Program-made: the position numbers and the translations under genes
Virus record (IMG/VR): IMGVR_UViG_3300028569_000022
Span: 1 to 64,000 of that record
Length of the DNA: 64,000 nt
Reading direction: 5' to 3' (one strand)
From: a virus
In this document: piece by piece, positions 1 to 9,840 of the stretch
Numbering within the stretch: position 1 is the first letter of the stretch
How the letters are laid out: every line of letters begins with the position of its first letter
Notes under the pieces: model-generated
Seen by the model: only the letters and a program-made list of their open reading frames with translations
Databases searched by the model: none
Told to the model about the DNA's origin: nothing

Positions 1-352
1 AAGTAAATTCCATCAAGCAAGGGATTATACAAAGAACGGAAGCATTTAAACCAACCGCAACTGCTGCTGTATCTAAGACTAAGGAGTTTGCTGTAGATTC
101 ATTTACAAAGTTAAAAGATAATACAAATTCGCTTGTTGAGTCTCTTGTTAAGTCGATTACTAAAATAGCTACGTCGCCCGAGACAACGAAGGCATTAGAG
201 ACGGGAAAAAAGTCATTAGAACAAGTTGGAACTAAAGTAAATTCCATCAAGCAAGGGATTATACAAAGAACGGAAGCATTTAAACCAACCGCAACTGCTG
301 CTGTATCTAAGACTAAGGAGTTTGCTGTAGATTCATTTACAAAGTTAAAAGA
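1..352 (+). repeat. Exact direct repeat, 1-118 = 235-352 (period 234 bp, 78 aa), inside the tape-measure ORF
   Basis: Identical sequence aagtaaattccatcaagcaa...ttaaaaga starts at 1 and at 235. Confidence 0.95.
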
Positions 353-3300
353 AAACACTACTTCATTATTCAATACAATAGCCGCGCCTTTAAAAAAGGC
401 ATCAGAATCTTCTCAAGCAAAAGATGTAAAAAATGCCGGCAGTCAATTGTTAGATGGAGTTAAAGGATTTTTTTCTTCATTAAAACAGATTAAAGTACCA
501 GCAGATTCTTCGCAAAAGGCTGACGGCAAAGTGGCTGCTAAGAAAGAATATTCTGACCACCCAGAAGCAATTAGAAGCAGAAAAAGACGAGCTGCTGCCA
601 ATAATGAAGTGCTTGATGGTCAGGCTGTTTACGAAGAAAATTCTAAGATTAAAGAGAAAAAAAAGAAAAAGGGTAGCGACACTAGAGAGAATGATACTAA
701 TGTCAAAGAAGAGTCAGCTAGAAATTCAGCAGTAGTAAGCGAAACAAAAAGCCAAAATAGAACTGAGCAAACTTCTCCTCCATTAGCTGTCTCCTCCTTA
801 CTTGATGAAGATCCCACAGCTAACCGTTCTTTATTAGAGCAAGAAGAAAAGCCTCAAATCATGCTATTCGGTGGATTTACTGAAAATGGCGTTAAAAATT
901 TAAAAGAGAAGCTTCCGGAAATTGTTGGAGACATGTTTAAGGCTCCGACGGAAAAGAAAAAGAAAGATAAGGACAAAGAAAAACCGAAAGACGATGGATC
1001 TTCAAGCTTGCTTGACATGCTAAAAGGAACAGGTCTTTTTGCCTCGCTTGGCATTCTTATTGCTGGAGGAGCTCTTGTGTTGGGTGGGCTTGCAGCTTTA
1101 GTAAAAGGATTGAGTACGGATGGTCCGTTTAAAGGAATTTTAAAGATCTTAGCTCAAGGTGGTTTAATTGGTGGTATAAAACTCTTAGCAGTCGGAGCAA
1201 CACGGTGGATGGCTTCGTTGAGTGCACTGGTACAATCGCCTTTTGCCTTAATGAGAATGTTGGGAGGAGCGCTTGGCAAAGTTACGGGAATGTTTACTGC
1301 GTTTGGTTCTAAATTAATGGGAATGTTTTCTTCTGGAATTGGAGCAGTTGCTAGAATGCTCCCTACTACGGGAATATTTGGATCAATCACCAAAGTAATT
1401 GGTGGTTTTTTTGCAAAATTTGTTGGAAAAGGACTCAATTTTATTCCTATTATTGGTCCAGCAATTAGTTTGGGATTTGCTGTTAGTAGATTATTAAAAG
1501 GTGACGTTATCGGTGGATTAATAGATGTTGCTTCGGCTTTAGTCAGCTTTATTCCTGGAGTCGGTCCAATATTAGGCACTACACTCAGTCTAGGCCTGAG
1601 TGTATTGAATGCTGTTTTGGATTGGAAAGGGGGCGGATCCAAACCTGGAGCAACGGCCAACAAAGGAGGAATTTTAATGGGGTGGTTGAAGGGGTTAGGC
1701 AATCTCATCCTAAAGGGAGCAATGGCGCTTCCAATTATAGGGCCAGGAATTAGAGCGGTTAAAGCAATGATCGCAAATGATTATGGCGAAGGATTAAAAC
1801 AGCTAGCTTATATGATTCCTGGAGTAGAGCTTATTGGAGCTTTGTTCGGAGATAAAAACGTAAGTGCTGTTTCTGGTGGGGCCGCGAGCATGATAAAAGG
1901 CACTGCTGGATTTTTAGGCAAAGCTATAGCATGGGTAGCTAAAATGATATATGGTGGTATAAAGCAACTTCCTATCATTGGGCCTGCACTCAAAGCAGTA
2001 GAAGCATTTTCTAGTGGGAATTTCTTAAGAGGGTTGAAACAACTGGCTTACATAATGCCTGGAGTAGAGCTTATTGGAGGGTTTTTTGGAGACAAAGACG
2101 TTGGGGTGGTAGGCAAGGTTGGAGGAGTTGCTGGAGGATTGACGAAGTGGGTTGGTGGATTTGCTGCTTGGGTATTTAAAAAGATATATGCTGGCGTCAA
2201 ACAGCTTCCGATTATTGGACCAGCCTTGAAGGCTGTAGAGGCTTTTGCTAGTGGCAACTTCCTCAAGGGATTAAAACAGCTAGCATATATAATTCCACCA
2301 TTTGAAATGATTGGAGCTTTATTTGGCGATAAAGAAACTGGAGGAGTTGCAAAGGTTGCTGCTGCTCCGATCGGGTGGATTGGATCTCTCGCTAAATGGG
2401 CACTAAAGAAAATAATTTCAGGGTTAAAATTACTTCCAATTATAGGACCTGCAGTAAGTGCTCTTGGTGAGTTTGTTAAAGGTAATTTCTTAAAGGGGTT
2501 AAAGCAGATGGCTTATATATTCCCTCCATTTGAGATGTTGGGAGGTCTGCTTGGTGATAAAGAAGCTGGATCTGTTGCAGGAAAAGTTGGAGGGGGAGTA
2601 GGAACCGTGGCTGGATGGATTGGATCTCTTGCTAAATGGGCATTAAAGAAAATAATTTCTGGGTTAAAATTACTCCCAATTATAGGACCTGCGATAAGCG
2701 CACTTGGAGAATTTGCACAAGGTAACTTCTTAAAGGGGTTAAAGCAACTTGCCTATATGGTTCCTGGAATGGAAATGTTAGGGGGATTGCTTGGTGATAA
2801 AGAAGCTGGATCTGTTGTTGGAAAAGCTGGTAATACAATAGGAAATTGGATTAAAGGATTAAAAGATTGGGTGTTTGAAAAAATTACTAACATGCCGGTC
2901 ATAGGTCCTTTAATCAAAGGCATAAAGTGGCTCGCAACTGATCCACTAAAAGCACTAAAAACTCTAGCATTAGCCGTTCCAATTTTAGGAGGAATATTAA
3001 GCTTCTTTGGAATAAAAGAAGAGAAAGAAGGAGACGCTGCTGCTCCGCCTGCTCCCAAAAGTCCATTTGCTGCAATTAAAGACATGATTCTTGAAAAAGC
3101 AAGAGCATGGTGGAAAGGAACATGGTCGTGGGTTCGCTGGTTAGCTGCAAAGGTTTTACCAGAAGGAATAGTAAAAGCATTAGACGAAGGAAGCTTAGCT
3201 AAAGAAGACATTAAGACGGAAGGAGAATCTGCTGAAGGAGGTTCTGAACAAGTCAAACCAGCAGCAGAAACAGCAGAGCCTCCTGCTGACAGCAAAGAGA

Positions 3301-5501
3301 CTGTAGATGCAAAAGCCGCTACCACATCTCCTGTTGTAAGCAGCACACCACAAGAACAACAAGCCGCTCCTACTACCACTGCAAGCAGCGAAGCAGTCGT
3401 TACACCACAAGAACAACAAGCAGCTCCTACTACTCCTACAAAAAGTGAGGCTAAAAATTCTCCAATTATAAGTCAAGCCAAAAAAGCTGCAGAACGTCCC
3501 AAAGATTACATAGATCAAAAAATAGAAGCCGTAAAAGAACAATCTGCTGACGATGAAGCATATAAAGTCGACAATATATTTGATCCGAAGAGTTATATTG
3601 GAGCAGCTGAACAAATAGGAGAAAAGACTCGCAAAACTATTAATGGCATTTACAAAATGCTTGGATCAAAAGCAGCAGACCTTGCAATGTTTGCTGCTGT
3701 TGGAAATAAGCTAAAGTCTAAACCTTCTGAAGAAGCAGCTGAACAAGAAGCACTATTAAAACCTCAGAAAGACAAAACGTCTGAAGGTACTTCTGGGACG
3801 CTTAAAGGAGGAGAAGTAGAAAGTGGATCGACAAGCGAATCATCACCCAATCCTGCAGTTAAAGGCAACCAAAAAGATGTTTCTGTGTCTTCTAGTAGTT
3901 TTAGCGAATATGATAACGATGATTCACCTGAGGTGAGGAAGAAACGAAATGATGCTAGTGTCGCTTACCGTGAAACTCGTGATAGTGATCCCGAGTATAT
4001 TAAAGACAAAGAGAGACGAGGAGCTTTTAAAGCTCAACAAAGATATAACAAAAACAATCCGTTTCAAGATCCAACTGATGACGGAAAAAAGGTTGAATTA
4101 ACAGAAGCAGATGCAAAAGATGCAAAATCAATAAAAGCATCAGAGACGGTAGTTACAGAATCAACAATAAACGGCAAAGGTACTCACTCCACTACAACAT
4201 CTTCGACCAACGCTGCACCATCTTCTGATAAGTCAAGACCAGCTGTAACAGCAAGTCCTAAACAAGAAGCTTCACCAGGAGATATTGCTGCTGAAAAATT
4301 TGGTCTAACGAAAACAGATGACGGCACGTATATTTCCGAAGATGGTTGGAAATATACGTACAAAGATGGTGTATTTTCCGATGAGTTCGGAGAAGATGCA
4401 ACGGATGAGTTAAGAATTGAACGTAAATCAAATAAAGTTAAATCAGCTGGAGGGACTTCAGCAGAGTTCAGTGGTGGTGAAGTGGTGCCAGGAACAGTTT
4501 CTGGAAAACCTTCTAAAGAGGGTGCAGAAAAACCAGCAATGGATTCTAAAGCATCTTCTGATAAGTCAAGACCAGCTGTAACAGCAATTCCTAAGAAGGG
4601 ATCTACACCAGAACAACAACCTGCTGATTTAAGTAGTTTACTAGCAGCTAAAGAGAAAAACGATCCGTTAAAAACTAAAAATTACGATAAAATTACAGCC
4701 GAGCTCGTAAACCAAGGTATAACTTCACCAGCTGAATATGAACAGGCAGTTCGAGACGGAAGAATATCTAAAGAATTTGATACAGCGTTTAAAAAACAAT
4801 ACACTCGAAAATCCTTAGGGGAAGCGTCGAGCGAACAGATATTTGCAGAACGTTTAGCGGTGAATTTAAAGGAAGCTCAAGTAAAAAAAGCAGCTGGTGT
4901 GTCTCCTGACCAACAGAACTACGAAGTGTCTGGAAGTGTAGAGGGAAATAAAAAAGCTTCAGTAAATTCTGTTGAGACTACTAAAGCGTCTTCTGATAAC
5001 TCAAGACCAGCTGTAACAGCAGTACCCAGAGAACAGGGACAAGTACACCTAGGTGCTCATGACTATATACAACGGGATCTTGAATCTCAGTTTGCCTCTC
5101 CTGTTGATTTAACTACTACTGCTCCTGAAGAATTAACAGCTGAAGCAACGCCTGACGAAACAACATCTTCTTCCTCATCGCAAAGTACTACGATAGACTC
5201 AGCAGTTGCATTGGGAGGTGGAAAATCCGATCAATTATTAACAAAAATTGCAGCAAACTTTGATACATCAAATCAAAACTTATCATTACTAGTCCGTGGG
5301 TTTAATAAGTTAGCAGGCGCCTTAGGACAACTTGGCGTATCTATAGCTGAAAAGCCTGGTGGAAATACTATTGTTAACTCAAATTCTGGTGGGGGCGGCG
5401 GACAAGCTCCAGCACGAACGTCTGAAATAGCTAAGGGCGGAAATCAAGAAATTGCTAACTTCAGAGCAAGTATTGAAAAAATGAAACAGCGTCCAGCTTA
5501 A
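3..5501 (+). CDS. Tape measure / baseplate hub-like protein (T4 gp29-like), 5'-truncated by the window
   Basis: The frame of the 447..5501 ORF is open back to position 3 (VNSIKQGIIQRTEAFK...). It has Gly/Ala/Trp-rich helical repeats (LPIIGPALKAVEAF..GNFLKGLKQLAY) and a long low-complexity C-terminal half, and lies directly upstream of gp48/gp53/gp27-like genes. Confidence 0.7.
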   Translation, partial: VNSIKQGIIQRTEAFKPTATAAVSKTKEFAVDSFTKLKDNTNSLVESLVKSITKIATSPETTKALETGKKSLEQVGTKVNSIKQGIIQRTEAFKPTATAAVSKTKEFAVDSFTKLKENTTSLFNTIAAPLKKASESSQAKDVKNAGSQLLDGVKGFFSSLKQIKVPADSSQKADGKVAAKKEYSDHPEAIRSRKRRAAANNEVLDGQAVYEENSKIKEKKKKKGSDTRENDTNVKEESARNSAVVSETKSQNRTEQTSPPLAVSSLLDEDPTANRSLLEQEEKPQIMLFGGFTENGVKNLKEKLPEIVGDMFKAPTEKKKKDKDKEKPKDDGSSSLLDMLKGTGLFASLGILIAGGALVLGGLAALVKGLSTDGPFKGILKILAQGGLIGGIKLLAVGATRWMASLSALVQSPFALMRMLGGALGKVTGMFTAFGSKLMGMFSSGIGAVARMLPTTGIFGSITKVIGGFFAKFVGKGLNFIPIIGPAISLGFAVSRLLKGDVIGGLIDVASALVSFIPGVGPILGTTLSLGLSVLNAVLDWKGGGSKPGATANKGGILMGWLKGLGNLILKGAMALPIIGPGIRAVKAMIANDYGEGLKQLAYMIPGVELIGALFGDKNVSAVSGGAASMIKGTAGFLGKAIAWVAKMIYGGIKQLPIIGPALKAVEAFSSGNFLRGLKQLAYIMPGVELIGGFFGDKDVGVVGKVGGVAGGLTKWVGGFAAWVFKKIYAGVKQLPIIGPALKAVEAFASGNFLKGLKQLAYIIPPFEMIGALFGDKETGGVAKVAAAPIGWIGSLAKWALKKIISGLKLLPIIGPAVSALGEFVKGNFLKGLKQMAYIFPPFEMLGGLLGDKEAGSVAGKVGGGVGTVAGWIGSLAKWALKKIISGLKLLPIIGPAISALGEFAQGNFLKGLKQLAYMVPGMEMLGGLLGDKEAGSVVGKAGNTIGNWIKGLKDWVFEKITNMPVIGPLIKGIKWLATDPLKALKTLALAVPILGGILSFFGIKEEKEGDAAAPPAPKSPFAAIKDMILEKARAWWKGTWSWVRWLAAKVLPEGIVKALDEGSLAKEDIKTEGESAEGGSEQVKPAAETAEPPADSKETVDAKAATTSPVVSSTPQEQQAAPTTTASSEAVVTPQEQQAAPTTPTKSEAKNSPIISQAKKAAERPKDYIDQKIEAVKEQSADDEAYKVDNIFDPKSYIGAAEQIGEKTRKTINGIYKMLGSKAADLAMFAAVGNKLKSKPSEEAAEQEALLKPQKDKTSEGTSGTLKGGEVESGSTSESSPNPAVKGNQKDVSVSSSSFSEYDNDDSPEVRKKRNDASVAYRETRDSDPEYIKDKERRGAFKAQQRYNKNNPFQDPTDDGKKVELTEADAKDAKSIKASETVVTESTINGKGTHSTTTSSTNAAPSSDKSRPAVTASPKQEASPGDIAAEKFGLTKTDDGTYISEDGWKYTYKDGVFSDEFGEDATDELRIERKSNKVKSAGGTSAEFSGGEVVPGTVSGKPSKEGAEKPAMDSKASSDKSRPAVTAIPKKGSTPEQQPADLSSLLAAKEKNDPLKTKNYDKITAELVNQGITSPAEYEQAVRDGRISKEFDTAFKKQYTRKSLGEASSEQIFAERLAVNLKEAQVKKAAGVSPDQQNYEVSGSVEGNKKASVNSVETTKASSDNSRPAVTAVPREQGQVHLGAHDYIQRDLESQFASPVDLTTTAPEELTAEATPDETTSSSSSQSTTIDSAVALGGGKSDQLLTKIAANFDTSNQNLSLLVRGFNKLAGALGQLGVSIAEKPGGNTIVNSNSGGGGGQAPARTSEIAKGGNQEIANFRASIEKMKQRPA
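1720..2990 (+). repeat. About 5-6 degenerate ~75-80 aa helical repeats in the tape measure
   Basis: Recurring LPIIGPA...GNFLKGLKQLAY...GDKE. The units near 2370-2600 and 2610-2830 are near-identical in DNA. Confidence 0.85.
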
Positions 5502-5515
5502 ACGTTTTTGAAGGA

Positions 5516-5521
5516 TAAATA
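5516..5521 (+). promoter_or_regulatory. T4-late-like promoter motif TAA[A/G/T]TA (representative of about 20 sites)
   Basis: Also at 13749, 14242, 16346, 18658, 24644, 36362, 41968, 42650, 50708, 51777 and 60044 (+), and 33447, 36254, 55759, 55967, 59358 and 61233 (-). Confidence 0.8.
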
Positions 5522-5526
5522 ACATT

Positions 5527-6684
5527 ATGTCTTTCAGTACTAATACACCTTCAAAAACGTTTCCTTCTCAGAGAATTAGTATTGATGATGAATTGTTGTT
5601 GAGGCCACTGAATAACGTCACAGCAGCTCCTCCTGACGAGGCATCTTCACAAACATTTGAAGTTACAAATCCAGCAAACAAAACAGAGGTAGCGCCTGCA
5701 GCAGCTCCAATGGAAACATATGCTGGATACGACATGGAAAAACCTCTTTCAGACGATCAAATGGGCAGCTCTGCTTCAACTTTTGATCGCAAAACTCAAA
5801 GCCCCAAAACTGATGATATCGTTCATAGTTATCCTTGGACTGCTTCAAACATTAAAAGAGATGATATTCCATATATTGTTTTAGCTGAGCATAGAAATAC
5901 AGAATCTACGTTGATGAGACAAATGCAGTTTTACGGTAAAGGGGTAGTAAACACAGCAGGTGGAGCATTTGGAGCTGCTCCTAAGGGGTTACTTGAAGTA
6001 TATGATGAAATTTTTCCTGATAATCCAACAAACAACAAATACATATTTCCTTACTTTTCCAAAAGTGCTTTTGATTTAGGAACGACAAAGTGGGAGCAAA
6101 TGGATGAAATCAGTCAATCAATTAAAGATGTGACTGGAGGTGCTGCTGATATGTTAGACCAATTTTCAGTCACAAAAGGAATGGGAGACATGGTAAGAAC
6201 CGGAATGAAAGTTGGGGAGTTTGCAGGGGCAGCAGCAATGACAGCGCTGAAAGGAATGTATCCAGTAGTCGGAATCTTTGATAGACCACGCGTGTTCTCT
6301 GCACACAACGACAGAGAAATTACAATTGAATTTCCTTTATATAATACGTTAACGCCGGGGGCTTGGAAAAAAAATCGAGATTTCATCTATAGGTTTATGA
6401 GTCAAAACTTATATATAAAGCGAGATTTTATTACAGGCATTCCTCCTTGCTTTTATAGAGTATATGTTCCTCAGCAATATTTCTGTTTTGCTTCATGTGT
6501 TACAAACATCAAAGTTGAAAACTTAGGAAACCAACGAATGATTGGTGATTTTATTGTTCCTGATGCCTATCAGGTTTCCATAACGTTGTCGGAGATGGTA
6601 ATGCCTAGCTTAAATCAGTTCCAAGCATTAATTAACGGCGATGCGCAAGGAAGAGTTAATGTAATAGCGAAAAAAAAAGCGTAG
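5527..6684 (+). CDS. Baseplate tail-tube cap-like protein (T4 gp48/gp54-like)
   Basis: Lies between the tape measure and the gp53-like gene. C-terminal tube-fold-like pattern (ITIEFPLYNT...CVTNIKVE...QVSITLSEM). Confidence 0.55.
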   Translation: MSFSTNTPSKTFPSQRISIDDELLLRPLNNVTAAPPDEASSQTFEVTNPANKTEVAPAAAPMETYAGYDMEKPLSDDQMGSSASTFDRKTQSPKTDDIVHSYPWTASNIKRDDIPYIVLAEHRNTESTLMRQMQFYGKGVVNTAGGAFGAAPKGLLEVYDEIFPDNPTNNKYIFPYFSKSAFDLGTTKWEQMDEISQSIKDVTGGAADMLDQFSVTKGMGDMVRTGMKVGEFAGAAAMTALKGMYPVVGIFDRPRVFSAHNDREITIEFPLYNTLTPGAWKKNRDFIYRFMSQNLYIKRDFITGIPPCFYRVYVPQQYFCFASCVTNIKVENLGNQRMIGDFIVPDAYQVSITLSEMVMPSLNQFQALINGDAQGRVNVIAKKKA

Positions 6685-6699
6685 TAAATAAGGATACAA

Positions 6700-7044
6700 A
6701 TGAGACAACACGACATTAAAGAGCTGAAAAGATTGGATCCACAATGTTTGGAAAATATGTTTAATGTGTATAAGGATCAATCAGGCAGCTATTACTATAA
6801 TTTAATAAAAGCTTTGGCTCTGCCTGAAAAATTACCAAACAGTTTATATAAAGTTTATACAATAAGTCCAGGAGATACGTGGCCCATGATTTCGTATAAG
6901 CATTATGAAACTCCAAATTTGTGGTGGTTGATATTATACGCAAATAAAATAATGGATCCAACTAAAAAAATTATTCCAGGAGACACTATTAAAGTATTAA
7001 TCGTAGATGTAGCTAAAGAAATAATGTTACAACTAAGAAAATAA
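6700..7044 (+). CDS. Baseplate wedge LysM protein (T4 gp53-like)
   Basis: YTISPGDTWPMISYKHYETPNLWWLILYANKIMDP is the LysM/gp53 signature. Confidence 0.85.
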   Translation: MRQHDIKELKRLDPQCLENMFNVYKDQSGSYYYNLIKALALPEKLPNSLYKVYTISPGDTWPMISYKHYETPNLWWLILYANKIMDPTKKIIPGDTIKVLIVDVAKEIMLQLRK

Positions 7045-7048
7045 TATT

Positions 7049-8866
7049 ATGGGTAATATCATTTCTGACGGATTATCAAAAGTAATTACACCAATAATTA
7101 ACACTGGACTCGATGCCGTGAAGGACGGCATTAGAGCTACTGCAAATGCAGTTCGAGGTGTAATAAATGGAACAAGCGGAAAGAAAAGCTTTTCTGCCGG
7201 AAAGTTTTTTGAGCAAAAGTATAATGAACTTACTCATAAAGTAGAGTTTTGGTTAGACAACAGCGGAGATTTAAAGGAAGTGGCAAACAAAGTATATCCA
7301 ATAAACCCAGCCGCAGTAATGGAGCTGAAATTAGTAAACAATTTAGGTGACTGGGTTGTAGAGGGTAGTATGATATTTATGTACATGGTTGAAGATGCTA
7401 TTTCATCTCAGCATCTTTCGCTTGCTCAAAGCTTCATGAGTTTTATTAATGGTGCAATGGAGAATTCTGAAACAATGAAGACATTTCAGTTTAGAGGTGA
7501 TGGATATGACTTACTGAGAGTGTCAATAATACCAATCACCAGAGAAGGAGAAGCAGAATCAGGAACCTCTTTACCTATTCAAGAGGGAGATCCAAAGTGG
7601 TGTATAAGTCATCTCTTTTCAATTTATGAAATGGAGGATATTAATGACGTTCCTGGAATGAAAGGTCCGATGGCTGCATACATGAAATGTGTAAAAATAT
7701 ACTTCAGAGATGTTAGGCAGCATATATTACAAACTACTAATCTAGAATACTCTACGGCATATAGTCCTGATGCAGATAATTCAACTCTTTTAGCAAAAGA
7801 GGGTGCACTAGAAACAGGAAAAGCAATAGTTGAAGTGTGGAATAAGTCAGTAGGAGAACCAGCTGCTGGTGGGCTTGAAGAACTCAAAATAATAATTCCA
7901 AATCCAGAAGAATGGGATGAAGGTAGTACAAAAATATTTTATACATCCCCAGCATCAACTTCTGCTGCTGAAGATATAGAATATTTGTTAGCTCATCACG
8001 CAAGCAAAGAACCTTTAGAAGGAGCTGAGGTAGATACAATACACGACATGTGTTTGTTGACTACGCAGCATCCAAAATCTCCTGACTTACTTGAAGATTT
8101 GACGTTAGTTCCTCTTACTAAAATATTTAAAAAAGCAACAGAGGGGGATCAAGCTGGTGAGTTACAATTAGAACATTTCTTTGTGACGTCTCAATCTCAA
8201 CGGGGGAACTCTGTTGATTTGGGATTTAAATCTCCGTTTAGTGAGGATCCAAATCGCGACTTAAAAACATTCAAATACGGACAAATTATTTCTTACAGTT
8301 TTATTGATATGAATCCTCATATTAATAGTTCTTCATTTACGTCTGCTCCTCTATATTCAGTAGACGTGGGAAAGAGAACGTTTAAAGTCAAATTCGAGAA
8401 AAATGATATATTAACTGTAAGAAAACTTATAACAGAGAACTACATAAAGCCTTTATTTAAAGGAACTGCGAATAGCGAAAAGTTATTTATTCCTACCTTA
8501 CATCAAACTAAAAAAGCATATAACCTATTTCCGACATTCACTCTGAATGGTGATGATGTTAATTGGGGAGAGTTATTACGACAAAAAAACAGCTTGCATA
8601 GTCTTATGTATACTGGACTATTTCAGAGCACATGTATATGCTTTAAGACGTTCGGATTAACATTGAGAAGTCCAGGAACGTTTATTGCGATTGACAAGAC
8701 TGACGGAAGTACTGATAACGATTATAATAATAAATTATATGGTCAGTGGTTTGTGGTCAGAGTTGATCACGTATTTGAAGCAGGATCGTTTATGAATGCT
8801 ATTTATGCTGTAAAGATACATAGATTTAAAGAAGCTCACGAACCTTTTGAGGCAATTTTAGAGTGA
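7049..8866 (+). CDS. Baseplate hub protein (T4 gp27-like)
   Basis: C-terminal GLTLRSPGTFIAI...LYGQWFVVRVDHVF motif typical of hub proteins; follows gp53. Confidence 0.6.
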   Translation: MGNIISDGLSKVITPIINTGLDAVKDGIRATANAVRGVINGTSGKKSFSAGKFFEQKYNELTHKVEFWLDNSGDLKEVANKVYPINPAAVMELKLVNNLGDWVVEGSMIFMYMVEDAISSQHLSLAQSFMSFINGAMENSETMKTFQFRGDGYDLLRVSIIPITREGEAESGTSLPIQEGDPKWCISHLFSIYEMEDINDVPGMKGPMAAYMKCVKIYFRDVRQHILQTTNLEYSTAYSPDADNSTLLAKEGALETGKAIVEVWNKSVGEPAAGGLEELKIIIPNPEEWDEGSTKIFYTSPASTSAAEDIEYLLAHHASKEPLEGAEVDTIHDMCLLTTQHPKSPDLLEDLTLVPLTKIFKKATEGDQAGELQLEHFFVTSQSQRGNSVDLGFKSPFSEDPNRDLKTFKYGQIISYSFIDMNPHINSSSFTSAPLYSVDVGKRTFKVKFEKNDILTVRKLITENYIKPLFKGTANSEKLFIPTLHQTKKAYNLFPTFTLNGDDVNWGELLRQKNSLHSLMYTGLFQSTCICFKTFGLTLRSPGTFIAIDKTDGSTDNDYNNKLYGQWFVVRVDHVFEAGSFMNAIYAVKIHRFKEAHEPFEAILE

Positions 8867-8902
8867 TAATGTCTCTGCTGAACATTAATTAAATTAATCA
8901 TG

Positions 8903-8931
8903 TTGAAATTTCATTCAACTTTTGATAAAAT
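8903..8931 (+). promoter_or_regulatory. sigma70-like promoter of cysD-cysNC (TTGAAA-17 nt-TAAAAT with extended -10 TG)
   Basis: TTGAAA at 8903-8908, TG at 8923-8924, TAAAAT at 8926-8931, ATG at 8942. Confidence 0.6.
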
Positions 8932-8941
8932 AATTTTCTAC

Positions 8942-9778
8942 ATGGATCATCTTGATAAACTCGAATCGCAAAGCATCTACATTCTTCGTGAAGCCTACCA
9001 TAGCTTTTCCAACCTCTGCATGCCGTGGAGCATGGGTAAGGACTCTAACGTTCTGATCTGGCTTTCAAAAAAAGCATTTTGTGGTCACATCCCATATCCG
9101 TTACTACACATTGATACCACGTATGAGTTTCCAGAGATGCTGGAATTTCGTGAGTGGGCAGTTGAAAAATACAAGCTCGATTTGATCGTGAAGATCAATG
9201 ATGATGCTCGTAAAGGCATTGGTTCTTATACTACTTCTATTGGCTACGAAACTCACGATCCAATGACCGTCACACATGAACTAAAAACAGTGGCCCTCCA
9301 ACAAGTCCTAACAGAACGAAAGTTTGACGCGCTTATCACTGGTATTCGTCGAGATGAAGATTCAACACGTGCAAAAGAACGTTATTTTTCGCCTCGTAAT
9401 GCTGAATTTGAGTGGGACTATAAAGATCAACCGCCGGAGTTCTGGAATCAATTCACTACGGCATTAGAACCCGGCGAGCACATCCGTGTTCAGCCGTTGT
9501 TAGATTGGGCAGAAGTTGACATCTGGCGCTACATCGAGCGGGAGAATATTCCGATTCCACAAATGTATTTTGCGAGAAAGGGTGAAGATGGATTAAACTA
9601 CCGTTTCCGCTCATTAGGCTGCTGGCCTATTACAAAGCCAGTGCAAAGCAATGCAGTTAATATAGAGGAAATTATTGCTGAACTTTTAGTCACAAAAACT
9701 AGTGAACGGTCAGGCCGGGCTCAAGATCATCATGAGCGAAATGCTATGCAAAAACTTCGCGCTAAAGGATTTATGTAA
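8942..9778 (+). CDS. cysD: Sulfate adenylyltransferase subunit 2 (ATP sulfurylase small subunit)
   Basis: MDHLDKLESQSIYILREAY N-terminus, WSMGKDS PP-loop, GIRRDEDSTRAKERYFSPR, RFRSLGC and C-terminal KGFM. The likely start is 8942 rather than 8900. Confidence 0.95.
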   Translation: MDHLDKLESQSIYILREAYHSFSNLCMPWSMGKDSNVLIWLSKKAFCGHIPYPLLHIDTTYEFPEMLEFREWAVEKYKLDLIVKINDDARKGIGSYTTSIGYETHDPMTVTHELKTVALQQVLTERKFDALITGIRRDEDSTRAKERYFSPRNAEFEWDYKDQPPEFWNQFTTALEPGEHIRVQPLLDWAEVDIWRYIERENIPIPQMYFARKGEDGLNYRFRSLGCWPITKPVQSNAVNIEEIIAELLVTKTSERSGRAQDHHERNAMQKLRAKGFM

Positions 9779-9840
9779 GATCGTAGTTTAAATTACATCC
9801 TCGATCTATTTTCTCATATTATTTATATAATTTTTACTAA

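Noticed and set aside
629-3614. Antisense ORFs inside the tape measure (and similar ones at 50937-51686 and 57180-59045)
   Set aside because: Shadow ORFs produced by repetitive, biased codon usage on the coding strand; no motifs or expression signals.
8900-8941. ORF-track N-terminal extensions (8900, 13745, 37103, 36263, 55982, 60004)
   Set aside because: Homology-like N-termini and promoter positions favour starts at 8942, 13760, 37145, 36248, 55961 and 59989.
8942-9778. DndC/PAPS-reductase-type DNA phosphorothioation gene
   Set aside because: The motifs and pairing with cysNC identify it as CysD, and no dnd/ssp genes are present.
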